A stretch of 64,000 bases of DNA, taken from the NCBI GenBank assembly GCA_003971905.1, contig RSEE01000029.1, positions 248,001 through 312,000 of the forward strand, written 5' to 3'. The notes beneath the pieces were generated by a model. The model worked only from the letters and a program-made list of their open reading frames with translations, was not told the DNA's origin and made no database searches. The DNA is from Moniliella sp. 'wahieum' (lineage: Eukaryota). A program made the position numbers and the translations under genes. Below are positions 1 to 13,451 of this stretch, one piece after another. Positions within the stretch are counted from its first letter, which is position 1; each line of letters begins with the position of its first letter.

Positions 1-634
1 CATACGTCATCACGTCCACCATGGTGCATCGCGACTTGTACAAGGGTGTCGTGGCACCTCTTAGCCGGCCCTGGCCCTATCTCTTGCACCTCCCTTCCAC
101 TCCGAATCCCCAAGGCACCAAGTTCCTCGGCACCCGTCTGCCCTCCCAGGTGCCCGCCGGACAGTCTCTTCCCGTGGGCCCGCTCGTCACAGCCGAGACA
201 GGCAAGTTCAAGGCATTTTGCCTCTGGTTCATCCGCTTTATCTTTTGCGGCACGGAGCGCAACGACATTCTTGCCCCCTCCATCAGCTTCAGCCAGCGTT
301 TCCAGCGTTTGCTCTGGACCATCGTTCAGGGCCTTGGAATTTCGGCGTTGGTGGTCTGGGCTCCATTCTGGGGCATTTCCCTCTGTATTGTCGCCCCGAT
401 CTGGACTGGTCACCAAATGGCTCACACTGGGTAGGTCCCGCCATCAAGTGCACCTATGGCGGTATCCTGGCGCTTGTCACCAATCCTTTCATTTGTCTCA
501 TGGCCATGGGGGCCGAGTACAACGTCAAGCGCGCCTATCCGGAACTTCAATTATGGCGCGATGACGAGCTGGCCCCAATCAACCGTCAACTGGCCGCCGC
601 AGAGCCTTCCGCCGAAGCTCCCGAGACGAGCTGA
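1..634 (+). CDS. 3' part of a hypothetical multi-pass membrane protein (truncated by window edge; frameshift near 430)
   Basis: ORF 21..434 (hydrophobic LWTIVQGLGISALVVWAPFWGISLCIVAPIW) continues in ORF 218..634 (WVGPAIKCTYGGILALVTNPFICLMAMG...APETS*). No family recognised. Confidence 0.55.
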
Positions 635-1360
635 ATCTGTCTTGATGTTGGGGCCGTGTACCCGATTTGCGTTTTCCTGTCGTCCACCGTGTCGATGACC
701 AAGCCATCGCCCTCGAGCGCATCATGAACTTTCGCGACCGGATTGGCTGCTATTCCCTCGTTTTCAGAGCTTGCCACCGCCGGCTTGCAAGCTACTCGGC
801 TACCAGACTTTCTTTTCGTTTCATGCGTTCCGTCGTATCTAGATAATCATCTGCTGCCATGCTGGCCTACTCTTTCAGCTTGCCTTGAGGTTCGTAAGTG
901 ACCATGTAGACCCAAATATCGGCAGATGCCTTCGTCAAGTTGGCTCCACGTACTTCTGAAAGAAGGCCATTGGACCTGGAGCGATAGGTGTGGGGCGTGG
1001 TCTTGCTCAATTTCATCGGCCTCTAATTCAAAACGCCTTGACAGGACGCCAATCCGTCAGAGGGAGGAACTGTTTATAGGTACGGTGGCTCCCTCCAGAT
1101 GTAAGGCAGGTGAGAATCAACGATAACCGGTAACTTTCTTCGTTTATTCATCAAATCCATGAAGTCGAATTCAAGCCCACACTGGTGAGAGGCCAACCGG
1201 GTTCTCGCTCACTGGTAAGATGTACCATGCAGGTTATCCCCATATACTTGGTGCCAAAGCTGTCAGTAGCCCGTATACATAGCATGTTGCATGATGCAGG
1301 TCAGTTGTTTTGCAAGGGTCCCCCTGGAAATTTATCGCACAACTATCTTACTACCACTTA

Positions 1361-2368
1361 TGTTGACCGTTCGGGACCGCAAACGGCTACGGCCAAAAAC
1401 GCATTTACGAAGCAACGCCAGCGCGGCCGGGCGATGTGGGAGCAGAGTCGACAGGAGCTGCTCCAGAAGCTGGACGCTGACGATGGTCGCCATGTGATTG
1501 AGCACAGCAACCCGCTGAACCACAATAGGCTCTCCGACATTCCGTCCGCCCCGTGCCTCAAGCTCTCTGACCAGCAGGTTCAGGTTGGTCTCCAGCTCCG
1601 CACGCTGTGCCGCTCCACGCGCAGCATGTGCAAGTGCGGCGTCATGTCCTCGCTGGAGCACATCATCGTGTGCACCCGCTCCCAGGCCAAGTTTAGTGCG
1701 TTGCATGAGGCAGTGCGGGAGCCCATTCTCCAGCTCGTGCGCTGTATCCCAGACACTCACATCCGCTAGCGAACCTATGGTGGAGGAAGGGGATGGGACG
1801 AGGCGCAGACGGAGAGCACAGGGCACTGACTACCGCGTGACGGGGCCTGGAGCACTCGGAGGATCAGGAATGGAGGTGGACCAGCGCTGCGCGACACGGG
1901 ATCGCAGGAGGCGCAGAGCGCGTACCGGGTGCACGAGAGCATTGCGTCGCCTTTGGAACGCCGGGAGAAGGAGCTGCTTCGGCTGCTGGAACAAGCAGAA
2001 TGCGACAAGAACACCAAGTACCATGGACGCACTCAAGAGCCGTTTTCCCCCCTGGTTCTGACCACGCGAGGATACTACGGCACCAAGACAACGGGCAAGA
2101 TATTTGCTCATTGGAAGGATTTGGCTACTGAGTCTCAATAGAAATGATTCCTCGCTCGGATGTCTACCACGTTCATCCGTGTCCACACGCCCTTCCTAGG
2201 GTACGGGACCGAATGGCGACCACCGGAGGGTCCTGATATCCTGGCGATCCCCTTGGTTCCTTAACCTTGGTGACGCTTCCAAGCAACCCCGCAAGAGAAT
2301 GGTTCGGTTTAGACGTAGTATTCCCCCTGTCCCACTGTCTTAAGCTCTGTCAATGATACGGATGCAAA
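1361..2368 (+). mobile_element. 5'-truncated CRE-like (Cnl1/MoTeR-type) RLE non-LTR retrotransposon, copy 1 (longest, degenerate)
   Basis: Broken ORF with IPSAPCLKLSD..GLQLRTL, CCHC knuckle CKCG..LEHIIVC..LHEAV, restriction-like endonuclease motifs RTDYRV..EVD, REKE, FSPLVLTTRG, ending PDILAIPLVP* at 2264. Two TGG codons of copy 2 are TAG/TGA here. Followed by the ~100-nt shared 3' UTR. 5' limit approximate. Confidence 0.8.
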
Positions 2369-5300
2369 GCAGAACTTTGTGGAAACGAAGTCTCCGTCAT
2401 ATTTTTCCCCCTTCGCTATACCTCGGCGCGTAGACCCCGACGCTGCACTCTTTAACTTTCCGGAACCGTCCAAGCGGACCTCCGACCCAACCCGTCCTCA
2501 AGCAGTTTGAACATCAAAGGTTACTCCTCCACCCAGCCTGACGGAGCGTCTCTTTCAGTCACAAGATCAGCCCTGTCTGGTCCATCGTGACAGCTGGGCG
2601 ACAAGGCCCATTCTGGCAAACAGGATAACGGTATGCTGTCCTCTTTCATGGTGCCCACATGGCCCTAATTCCTGCGAGAGGAATGTTGATGCAGCTGCTG
2701 GGGGGCCGAAGAGAGAGCCTCGGCGCAATGCTTATAAACTGTGATGGACCGTAGAGGATGGGAGCGGTGGCCCGACCCCCATTTTTTCACTCTGATCACT
2801 TCTTAGGCTACGCATCTTTCGACTGGAGAAGCAGAGACCGAGGGAAAAGTGTAAGTTCAACATTTGGTGCGACATCAGATGTCAGAGGTCACGGTCGCTG
2901 CCGCGTGTTGTACTCTGCATTCCTCTCCTTTCGCCAATCCGTATTCCCCCGAAGGAGCCAGCCGAGGAGAGTATTCCTTTTCTCACTTGACCCGTTCCAG
3001 CAAAGATCCGTCAACTGTATAAGAAATGCGGCGATCATTATGGTATCGGTCCACTAACCTTGGCCGACAAAACGGTAGAAGCTGAGTATCTATGCCATTT
3101 TGTGATTGCATACTGTGCCACTCAAAAAGGCGAACAAAACATGTGGCTTACGCCTCGCCCATCAAGCTTCAAGCTTCAAGCAACAAGCATCAAGCTTCAA
3201 GGCTCGTTCCAAATCAGAAACTCCGCGAACTCACTGCACGTTTGGAGACGTGGGGATCATGAAAAGTAATGCGGCCTTGACCCAATCGAAAGTTGTCTGA
3301 TGGCCTTTTGTGACGACAGAGAGGGAGTATATCCTTCTGACCCCCCCCATTATACTTCGCCCATGATGTTTGTGTCCATTAGAAGCATAACACTCTGTGG
3401 CAGATTCAGTGCATTTCATGTTCTTTCCCGTGGTGCAGAAGTCATACACGAGAGGTGGCTTGGGACCATATCGCCCCTGATCTCGGAATATAATATAGAT
3501 TGTCTTCTTCTGTGGCCACATGGCAATCTCTGTTATGTCTTCCTTTCCGCCACGGTTGTTCCCAGGCGAATCAATCAATTATACCCCGTGTGGATCGCAA
3601 ACCAACCGTCAGTCATGTCATGTCTTAGTATACATATCATCATCGTCAACAACTTCCCACACTCTTCCTCTCTAACATTATTTTTTTACCCGCAAATGAC
3701 CTTCTTGATGGTTACACGTGATATACTACCATACCAAAAAGAGAATGGGGTATTTTGTCCACAATAACTGGTGGCACGGAGTGCGCAAGTGAAATGCTGT
3801 GTTGGTACTGCGCTCCGCAATCTTCTTCGTGTCGGGCGAGTCCGAAGACGGATAATGTGTTCAAGCGTGTCCGGCCGGGCGACGTGGGCTGTATGCGCAA
3901 CCGTGGACGTGGGGGATATTGATGTTTTTGACGACGAACTGCAGCCTAATGGTACCAATCAAAAGAGTTGTGGACGGGCTGACAGGCTGGACTCGCCGTT
4001 CCACTTGGGGTGGTGTTACATGTTACAGGTTCGATGTGTTACACATATACATGTGGGTCTCAAAGCATGGTATTGCTTGTCGATGGTATATAGGGCCGGA
4101 AAACATGATTGTGAGCCAATATGCTTCTACCCGTTCCAACAAGCCGACTCGATTCCCGACGACCTACACCGAAAGCGCGATACGGCAGAAACAAAACAGC
4201 CAGCAGTAATGCCATTGCTGTGAAAAACACCAGCGCTTTTTATCTGGCTTGTAACCGCGTGCAAGCAATTGTGTGGGAGGATTACGTTGTGCGCACTACG
4301 CAGTATTCGTATCATTCATCGTACGCCCTCTTGCATTTTCATTCAATCGAGCCGTCTTGTACACAGGTTCAGCATAATGGCGAGAGAAGAGTACTGCCTA
4401 TATTTTTTGTGAGTGATGAGTAGTGACTACTGAGTCTCAGTACTGTGAGTGCCTGAGTTCTGCGTTACTGAATCCAGGTGTATAATTGACCTGAGCGAGG
4501 ATCTTGAGGAAAGACAGAGCGAGTGTAAGAGGGGTCGAGAGAAGAGAAAACACAAGCATATCTGAGTCGCGCGCCCCACACAGCATATCACATTGTCACA
4601 TGTCACATGTCACATGAATGAGGGAGTTTCGTACGCGTCGGTCCAGTGTGCCGTATCATATGTCAGGCTGTAACACAGTGCCGTACTAGGCTGTGCCCCC
4701 GTTCCTGTAATGTGTGAGACGAGTGACCCACATCCTGCCCACACGAGGTCTCTGCCACAGGACCTCTGGACTTCTCGCCGCCCTCGGCGCCTCTCAGCGA
4801 CTCAGCCTGGCGTTTACACGTTCACATATCAGATGGATGCGCGCCTCAGCCTGAAGCTTCAGAAGCTTCAGATCCATCACGGGCCGCGCCTCAGACCCTT
4901 CAGAACTCAAAAAGGGGACAGATCCTCTCAGATGGTGTGGCATCCAGCAAGTGGCGCTGTTCGATCCTCTCTGCCAGCAATAGCGCCCTCCGATCCGCCC
5001 CTCACTCAGGCCCTATTATTAGGCCCCATAGGACTTCAAGCTAGCTTCAAGCTTCATGCTGAGAGGCCTCAGGCCTCAGGAAACGGTAACGGGAGTTTAC
5101 TGGTGACATGTTGTGGTTTTGCCAACAGTTACTAGTTACTAGTTACGGATACGTATACCCGTTGGACATGTTACTGGCATGTAGGCAATCACGACTTCGG
5201 GGGGGACATGAGCTTATCCTTGGCGCCTGTCCAGTGTCCTTCACACTGCTTGGCAAGACGGCGGGGCTGGAGATATGATGGGACGTTCAGCGCGGTCTAT

Positions 5301-6642
5301 AATACATCAACGTTCAAAAAACGTACTCAACGGAAGAGGCCCGGAGGGGGCGCCGGCGCTTGTCCCGGATTGCCTTGCCTGGGTGGGAGGAGAGTTGGAG
5401 AGTTGGCGAGTGGGGGAGTTGACTGGGTCTCGGCGCTGATTGATGATACTCGATACAGATACATGTGCATCATGTGCAATTCATGAGATCTGAGATCGAT
5501 CAATTCATCTCATTGTCCGCAGTGTAAGACTCTCCTAATGCGCCAGCCCCCATATCTTGTCTCGCACAAAACAAAGTGCAGACTGCGGTGCAGGTATGCA
5601 CATCACGCGCGTCACGCGTCACACGCCCCACATCACAACCCCCAAACACGCAGTACTTCGTTTTACTCAATTACTCAACCCTCAGTACCCAAGGTACTAC
5701 AAGTACGACTAGTGCTTGAAGCTTGAATCTCGACTTGAAGAAAAGGAGACTGCATTCTTGAGGCGGTTTCCTACACAGAGGGCTGTGGAGGGCGTCAGCC
5801 TGCGACAGCTCCGGGCCTCAGTGGCTCGCGCGAGGCATCGGAAGGCGCGTTGAGTTGTCTTGTATATTACGGACATCGGTGGGAGTTGGCCACGCGCAGA
5901 GAGGATCGCAGATGTGTTTGCCTGGCATACGGGTTTGTGCCGGATGGATGGATGGATGATGGAGGCCATTCCGACGTCGATGTTCCTGCGAATATGACAA
6001 TCGCCAAGCTGCGCGGGATCGGGACATCCTTCTGAATAGCGTATTTTAGGTTTTGCGCTTATTGGAGGATGCAGCACACTGCCTCCGCGCTTGCGTCTCC
6101 TGCAACGCGTGACGTCTGATGTGTGACACTGGCATAGGCACTGGATCGGACTAGTCTGGTCTGCTCTTGTCTCCAGCTAGTCCGGTCAAGCTTCGCTTCA
6201 CTAGTCAAATCACCGATGGCCTGGGCGAGTAATTCGATACGTGGTGGAGCGCACAGCACAATCGACGTCACCCACATCCGATTAGGCTAGACCGCAGCGT
6301 GCCTTCGCCCGCCGCTCACAGCCCCATTGTACAAAACACAGCGACACACACCGCCTCCCCACCGTCTTCCGCCCCCTCTCCCTCCGCCCTCGCCTCCTCT
6401 GCCTCCCTCACCACCTCCCTCCCTCGTCTCTTCCATCCCTCCTCCGTTCTCTCTCTGCCCCTCCCGCCCTCCCCCGCTGCCACCACCTCGCCCCCCGCTG
6501 CGACACATTCTTTTGCCCCCCTCTGCGCCCACCATCATCCTACCAGAAGCAGTACTGCGTGCTGCCCTTCGCCCACCCCCGTTGAAAATCCTCGCCCCTG
6601 TCGCCGCAGCATATCTGTCTTTCCTCTTGCCAGCACGCCAGC

Positions 6643-8325
6643 ATGATTGCTGTCACCCACGATACTCATCTTTCCCGCAGCCACAGTGCTCAAACAGTGT
6701 CAAGTGCCACTCACTCGGCCCGCCGCGGCAGCCTGATGGCTAAGGCTAAGCGCCATTCCCTCATCTCTGGCTCCACGAGCACGGCCACAGCTGTTGCTAT
6801 GCGTCGCAATAACTCTGGTTCATCCCACAACGCCCATCCTACTTCCTGTTCTCTTGCGCCCCGATTTACTCAAGACTGTGTTCCCTTGCCTCAGGCCCTG
6901 GAGGCCCCTTCCATTTCTTGTACAAAATTCGACTCGTCCGAGCCTGCTGTGCTTGCCGGTACGACCTCTCTTTCTTCCCCTTTACCTTCATCCCCCGTCT
7001 TGACAAGGCGAGAACAGATTGAACGCTCCTCTTCTTCCCTGAACGACATTTTTGATGATGAGTATGCGGAAGAAATCGTGGCCCACATGGCCCGCCTCGA
7101 AGTAAGTTGTATTTATGCCGGGATGGGGACCCGTATGTACTGACATGACTTTGGCACACAGCAAAAGAACAAACCCCATTTGTCCATGATGGATTCTCAG
7201 CCCGAAGTGACATGGGCGATGAGGCCCTTCTTGGTCGACTTTCTCATCGAGATGCACGCCTCATTTGACTTTAAGCCAGAAACGCTGTTTGTCAGCATGG
7301 GTCTTTTGGATCGATACCTGAGTAGGAGGGTGGTGCTCAAGAAACACTATCAGCTTGCGGGCGCTGCTGCTATGTGGATTGCATCCAAGTACGAGGACGC
7401 CAAAGACACGGTACCCTCTGCGAGTGATCTGGTCACCATGTGCTGTAACTCGCTGGACGAGTCATCCTTCCACCAAATGGAGTCCCACATCTTGTCAACG
7501 CTCAATTACTCTTGCGGAACTCCGTCGCATGAGACGTGGTTGCGCACCTACCTTGGCCGCAATTTGCCGCATGCGTCGTCCAAAACGGATGTGGCCGCCG
7601 TGGCAAGATTGCTCATGGAGTTGAGCCTGTACCACCGTGACCTTGTCCCATTTCCTCCCAGTTCAGTAGCGCGGGCCAGTCTTTGGCTTGCTCAACTCAT
7701 TCACTCTTCGTCGGAACCTCTATCGGCGACGGTGTTACACGCCACGTATGTGCTCGACGCCGAGGCGGCAGAGGCCGCTACTTTACTTTACCATCACCTC
7801 GCTAAGGATAGTCTATCGGGTATCCTCTATCGTAAGCATTCACAAGCCTACGCCGTCGTTCGGGGCGCCTTCCAACGCCCACGCTCTACTAGCCAGATGC
7901 TCCTCACTCCTTCCCCTAGGAGGACCGGTGCCGTGCTACCGCTGCCCGTATCTACACCGCCTCACGGTGATGCCATTGCCCTTCCTGGTTTGGGGGGAGA
8001 GGCCATGTCGCCCACCCCAATTTTGTGGCTTACACCACGGTCGATGTCGGCGGTCAGTGCTGATGAAGACGACGAAGGGCCTCTCACACCGTGCACCTTC
8101 ATTTCCCCGCTGCCCTCGGCGAATGGGGAGACGCATGTTGATCAGCGGGATGCCGGTGATGTCGATCTGGATGTGGGTGGGTTGGGCCTTTGTGGCCCAT
8201 CTCAGGAGATTGGAGTTTCTAACAGCCTAAACCTCATCTTGGACGGCAACGCGCCGTCTTCAAAGCGAGTCGAGTCTGTGGTTCCTATGTCTGGACCGCA
8301 GATTGTGGTCAACAATGGTTTCTGA
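6643..8325 (+). CDS. G1/S-type cyclin (Cln/Puc1-like); exons 6643-7101 and 7162-8325
   Basis: Cyclin box QPEVTWAMRPFLVDFLIEMH..ETLF..LDRYLS..YQLAGAAAMWIASKYED. Intron 7102-7161 (GTAAGT..TACTGAC..CAG) joins the frames. PEST-like S/T-P-rich tail. Confidence 0.92.
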
Positions 8326-8803
8326 TCCCCGCGGTCTAGTCCAAGTCTTTGTTCTTTCCTTTTGTTGAGACTTCTTTTTTAATTTCCCCATCCTGGCCTG
8401 ATGTCGGGGTGGGTGTCCTATGTCTTTCCTGTCTTGCTTGCCTTCCTCTTTGTTCCCACAGCGACCGGTAACCTACGCTCAACATTCATTTTGTGCGCTA
8501 CATCTCTTCATCGTTCCATGCTTCGTCGCGCGCCGTCTTCCCCATTATTGTTTTCAAGCCAATGTCTATTAGTTTCTGTGATCGTTTTTATAGTCAGTAA
8601 CTGAGTACTAAGTGGGAGAAGTCGTGTGATAACGGTTCGCTTTTGGCGGAGATAAAAGAAGGGATACTGAGCAGGAAAAAGCGACGATGGCGTGGTTGCA
8701 AAAAGCCGTCTGATCAAAAATGGATGCGTGGACCCCATTCGAGAACTTCGGTGCCAGAGAAAAGAACAAGTGCATTTGGGACATGCGAAGTTATAATACT
8801 ACT

Positions 8804-10588
8804 TCAAAGCAACCGCAAGAGTCGTGTACCCTTTACTGTCACTTGAGCTAAAGCAAACGTCAAGTCCGGTGAAGGATCACGGCTCACGGACAGGCCCTGC
8901 GAAGCCCAGTCAACCAAGTGGGCCACTTTCTCTTCGAGGGAGGAGGATCCGGTCGCTTGGCGCACGGCTTTGATCTGATCATCCAGATCCTTGGCGTCCA
9001 AGGGGGAGCCGGGAAGAAGCGACGGTACTTGCGCAGCTTGGTCCAAAAGCTCTTCAACTTCAGCATTGCAAGACACTTGGAGTGATCCGCGTTTACTCTC
9101 TCGAGAACTTTTCACGTTGGTTGCGCGAGGCCTCCCGGCATACCCTCCAGGAGACTTGGATGTGGTACTGTTGGCCACGGGGGGGAGGCTAAGCAGGTGC
9201 CCCATTCGCTCCACCTTGGTGCGGAGATACTTTTCAAGCTCGGGGCCTTGGGTGACACAGCCTCCCATCATGGTGAGCCCGCTGCGACGGAGAGCATATT
9301 CAACGTAGCTGTCCTCGCTTCCGTCACTCCACACTTCTTCCTCGTCCTCGTATTCGCCGTCTCCCATTGCAACGGACAACTCGTATGACGGCGGGAGAAA
9401 AGGGATTTTCGAGACACTTGCCGGCCATCACGCTTTCTCCGTCCAAGGGCGTACTAGTGGCATCGGCCTCTGATGTATCGGATACGACGAAAGACGGAGA
9501 AAGCGACGGAGTCCTGGAGGAAACGATCGTCTGGTGGCTATAATGTGCGGTATGACGGTGTGCATGCTTTCGGTGAGTACGGCGACGCCACACGCGAGGT
9601 ACCATAGGGACACGCTCTTCAACTTGCACCCCGACTTGATCGAGCGCCTGGACTTTGTCGGGATTGTTGGTCAAGAGCCGGCACCGCTCTACTCCCAAGT
9701 CGCCGAGGATAGCCGAGGCAATGTCGTACTGCCGTGCATCAGGCAAGTGACCGAGCAGAACGTTGGCCGCGACCGTGTCGGCTCCCATGTCTTGGAGATT
9801 GTAGGCCATGATCTTGTCCAACAGCCCAATACCACGCCCTCTTGGCGCAGGTAAACCACTACTCCACGAGCTTGACCGTCGCGATAGTCCTTCCCGGTCC
9901 GGCCAATCAGACGGATGGCTTCATCCAGTTGCTCCCCGCAGTCGCACCGTTGGGAACCAATCGTCTCGCCGGTGTAGCATTCCGAATGGATCCGTACCAA
10001 GGGCGCGGCCTCATCCACTTCTGCCTTACCCTTCACCCCATGCGATTGAGGCACGGGGCTCGCTTGCTGAAAGTCGGGCCCCAGACGCCCAACGTATGCA
10101 CCTCGCACAATCCGGTCATATGCCGTTTCATCTGCCGACCACACCTCGTCGAGGGTGCGGCTACGGAGTTGGCTGGGCTGAACTGTCCCCGATGCGGTTT
10201 GGGGCACATCCGTTGCATCCGCAGCGAACGTTTGCGATGGGTCCACAACCAGTGCTAGATGCTCTTTGGCATCATGATTGTTTTTGTAAATATGAACAAA
10301 AACATCGCCATGAGGTGTCGGCACCCTCGTCCGGGCATGGCATCGAACTTGAATGCGTGGACGGACGTTGATAAATGGTTTTCCTTGCAACGTCGCCACA
10401 TTGAACCCCAGGGAGTTTTCATCTTCGGGTTTCCCCTTGATAGTTACCCCTCCGATCGAGGCCAGAAGGGCGGCCTGGGTGTCAAGCCGTCGCCCTCCGT
10501 CGCGATTTTTGTTGGCAACATGAAGGGGGGCGGTTGCCAAGGTGTCTTTGGTTCCATTGACCGCGTCTTGGAGCAGCAGCTGATCCAT
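8804..10588 (-). CDS. RIB1: GTP cyclohydrolase II (riboflavin biosynthesis); apparent frameshifts near 9840 and 9390
   Basis: Motifs [32 protein letters not shown](RGIGL), [37 protein letters not shown] across ORFs 9689..10834, 9324..9821 and 8804..9379. Start taken at MDQLLLQD (10588). Confidence 0.92.
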
Positions 10589-11953
10589 GGGGTGAGTACA
10601 TGTGTGTTGGTTGCAACGACGTTGGCCATGACAGGTAGTGCGTGGAAAGGACAGCAATGAGAGAAAGGTGGTAGTTGGGTGCCAAGGAAGAAACGGTGAC
10701 AATAAAAGGAGGCGAATAAGCACATGATGGGCTATGCTCCAACTCCCCTGTCCTGAACTTTGCCGATGCCCCTGCGCCCGGGAATCCAGGGGGCTTGGAG
10801 TTAGCGAGCGAAGATCCCCTTCAACGCCAAGCAAGCCTCAGAGAAGGCTGGGGATTGATGGTCTGATAGCATGATCGATCCAGGACGCCTTCAGGAGCCT
10901 GTTTCAAAGCTAGTGTACATGATACTCATCGATCATATTATATCCCATCGAGGATGCTTTGGTGTCGTTGATCTATCAGTATGTTGTTCGATCTCATCGT
11001 CTCATCTCTTTAATCAATACGCGATCATTATAAACCAAGTGTGGTGCGCCACAACTGGGCGCAACAGATTCCACACAGGATGCCCCCGCTTGACTGAACG
11101 ATCTAGGGGGCTGAGCTCCGCGCTGATATAATGATAATACTCAACCCTCGGGCATCAGTCTGAGCGATCAGGCTGATCGCGTTGATCAGAAGACAGTACT
11201 AGGTGAGCGTGGCCGCGGTGAGCGAACAGTCTCATCGGTGAGAGGCTGTTGATGGTGAGCGAAGAGCGAGCAGGATCGAATGCGAAAGCGGTGCCAGTTG
11301 TGGAGGTAAGACCCAGGAACAAGAGAAATGACTAACATGCAGGAGCACAAAACAGGGCGCAGTCGCACCCCTACTGTCAATCAATACAGAGCAGATGTCG
11401 TGGTCAGTAATAGGGAAACTAGATAATTTCTCCACATCCTCGGCTATACATTTACATGGCCACTGAGATTCTCCGCCTACGCCATACACGGTACTGATAT
11501 TATCGATACTATCCCCGTTACACCTAAGGCCTAACGTCCAAACAATCTTCCCCGTCACGAATCTAGAGACAAAAAAAGTCATTGAGCCTCGAGAAGCCAC
11601 GCCAAGAGACTGGACATGAGCCACTCGGTTGAAAAAAAAAGGTTATCGATCGATTGATCCCATACATTCCGTATTCAGATATCGAGCCCTTTTGAGACTG
11701 TGTTGACGTTGACCGTGGTGTCTCGCTATACACCCCGATTTCATTCAAGTGTTGTACTATATACATACACTCTTGCTGTTATATTAACGGAAATTGTCAT
11801 ACTTCAACGACGATGCTTGCTTCTCTAGTGGAGTGTTCATTGTAAAGCTTATGGCTGCCATTACACATTCTAGCCTTCTAATGCAAACGCTGAAGTGGCG
11901 TTAGATCGCAAACGCAATCGGGCGCACGACTTGGCGACAAGGCTACCCTTATA

Positions 11954-13451
11954 TCAATGCGGTACATATGCAGAGGCGGAGAGGCAAGGGGGGGGCGCGC
12001 CCACATTCACGAAGAAAGGATGTATGCAGAGGGGGAGAGGGGCAAGGGGTGGTCTGGCAACGTCAAGAGCCAATGGGTGATGGTGATGATGACACATTTG
12101 AAGCAGGGACAAAGGAAACGTTAATGTGTCCCAATGTGGCATATCTGCCTTCAACGGCGCGGAGTGCAGCCTCGAGCTCCGCAGCACAGACAACGCTCGT
12201 CTGGGGGGGAAGTACCAAAGCAAACGAAAGAGATGCCTGAGTGCTTGCATGCAGCCAAATCGCGGTAGGCCACCTCAACCTTTGGGCCATTGGCCGATAG
12301 CAGCGGCACTTGCTGGACGGCCAAGGGGAGTGCCTTGTTCATTGTTTCAACCAGTGCTACGCGCTCTGTTGCAGGCACACCTCGATCGAGAATCTGTCCC
12401 AGAGCGGGACCGATGAGGGCAAGGCCCTGGGAGCCAATCGCACATGCTAGCCACGCCTCCAATTGGGTCAATGGCGGGGATACGAGCCAAGACCCTACGA
12501 GGGCCGCCGAGAACCAAAAAGCCTCGGCCAAGCTGTCGGAGCGGTGGTGCAATGCGCTGGCGGTCAGGACACTCGAGTTTTCCCGCTTAGCCACGGCCAT
12601 GTGGCCGGTAGAGGTACTCTTTGGTGGCAAGGCCGAGAAGTACAAGACAATTGCCAAGGGATCTGGTGGTTCTTCCTCGTCGTGTTCATGGTGATGTGCG
12701 TGACCAAGGGACAAAAGTTGAATCAAGGGACGGACAAGGGAGCGAGCCAAAGGGGGAGGTAAGGCAGCAAACGACCGGCGGCATGGGATCCAATCCCAGC
12801 AGCACCCGCTAGAAGAACAGTTGCAATGAGAACACCCAAAAGGTTCGATCCGGCTCGACCGCGTGGCCATCGGTCGTTGGCTGGCGCCTGGGCAGCTTGC
12901 CAACACCCAAGGCAACTAGGTCTGCCACTGTGTCGCTGGCACTGTGAGCCGCATCTGCAATCAGCGCACTGCTGTGCAACCACGTACCGGCCCAGTGCCT
13001 TGGTCACAGCTAGCACCACATTGGTAATCACGGCGACCAATGCGATGCGGCTGCCAGCGTCACCTTTGCCCTGCAATGCCCCAGCAGCAGTGCACCTTCT
13101 TCTGGCCATGGTGGTGATGGTGGTGGTGGTGAGGATGAACATGGCCATGGCTGTCTGTAGGGGGGAATGCTCGTCCTCAACCGGGGCTGGGGCAGGGTCA
13201 GAAGGTGCAGGGGCGCGGGGCGGAGCTGGCCATCGCTGGCGATGGCTGGTGGTGCGACCGATGAGGCCTGGGCTTGGGCGGAGGGCATGGACATGTAGTG
13301 CCGATGAGGCAGTGGGGGGGCGCGAGGGGGCCACGTTGTGTGCAGCCGTCCCGGTGGGTTTGCCGGTGTCGCGCGCGCGGAGGTGGAGGGAGGGAGGTGG
13401 TGGTGGGGGCTGGTGCGGTGATCGGCCAGCGTATGCCGCAGCGGGGGGCAT
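11954..13451 (-). CDS. Cation diffusion facilitator metal transporter, MMT1/2-like (frameshifted)
   Basis: GSRIALVAVITNVVLAVTK; shifted frame gives SSALIADAAHSASDTVADLVALG; TM5 motif ASALHHRSD; His-rich stretch HGHGHVHPHHHHHHHHG around 13105-13152. Ends approximate. Confidence 0.8.

Noticed and set aside
1361..2368. Fanzor/TnpB-like RNA-guided nuclease with a downstream guide RNA
   Set aside because: The motifs are a CCHC knuckle plus PD-D/ExK-type endonuclease, not RuvC, and variable 5' truncation fits a non-LTR retrotransposon.
3231..4423. ORFs in AT-richer stretches (also 27568-28606 and 42258-42985) as genes or transposase relics
   Set aside because: No recognisable motif in any frame examined; BLASTX would be needed.
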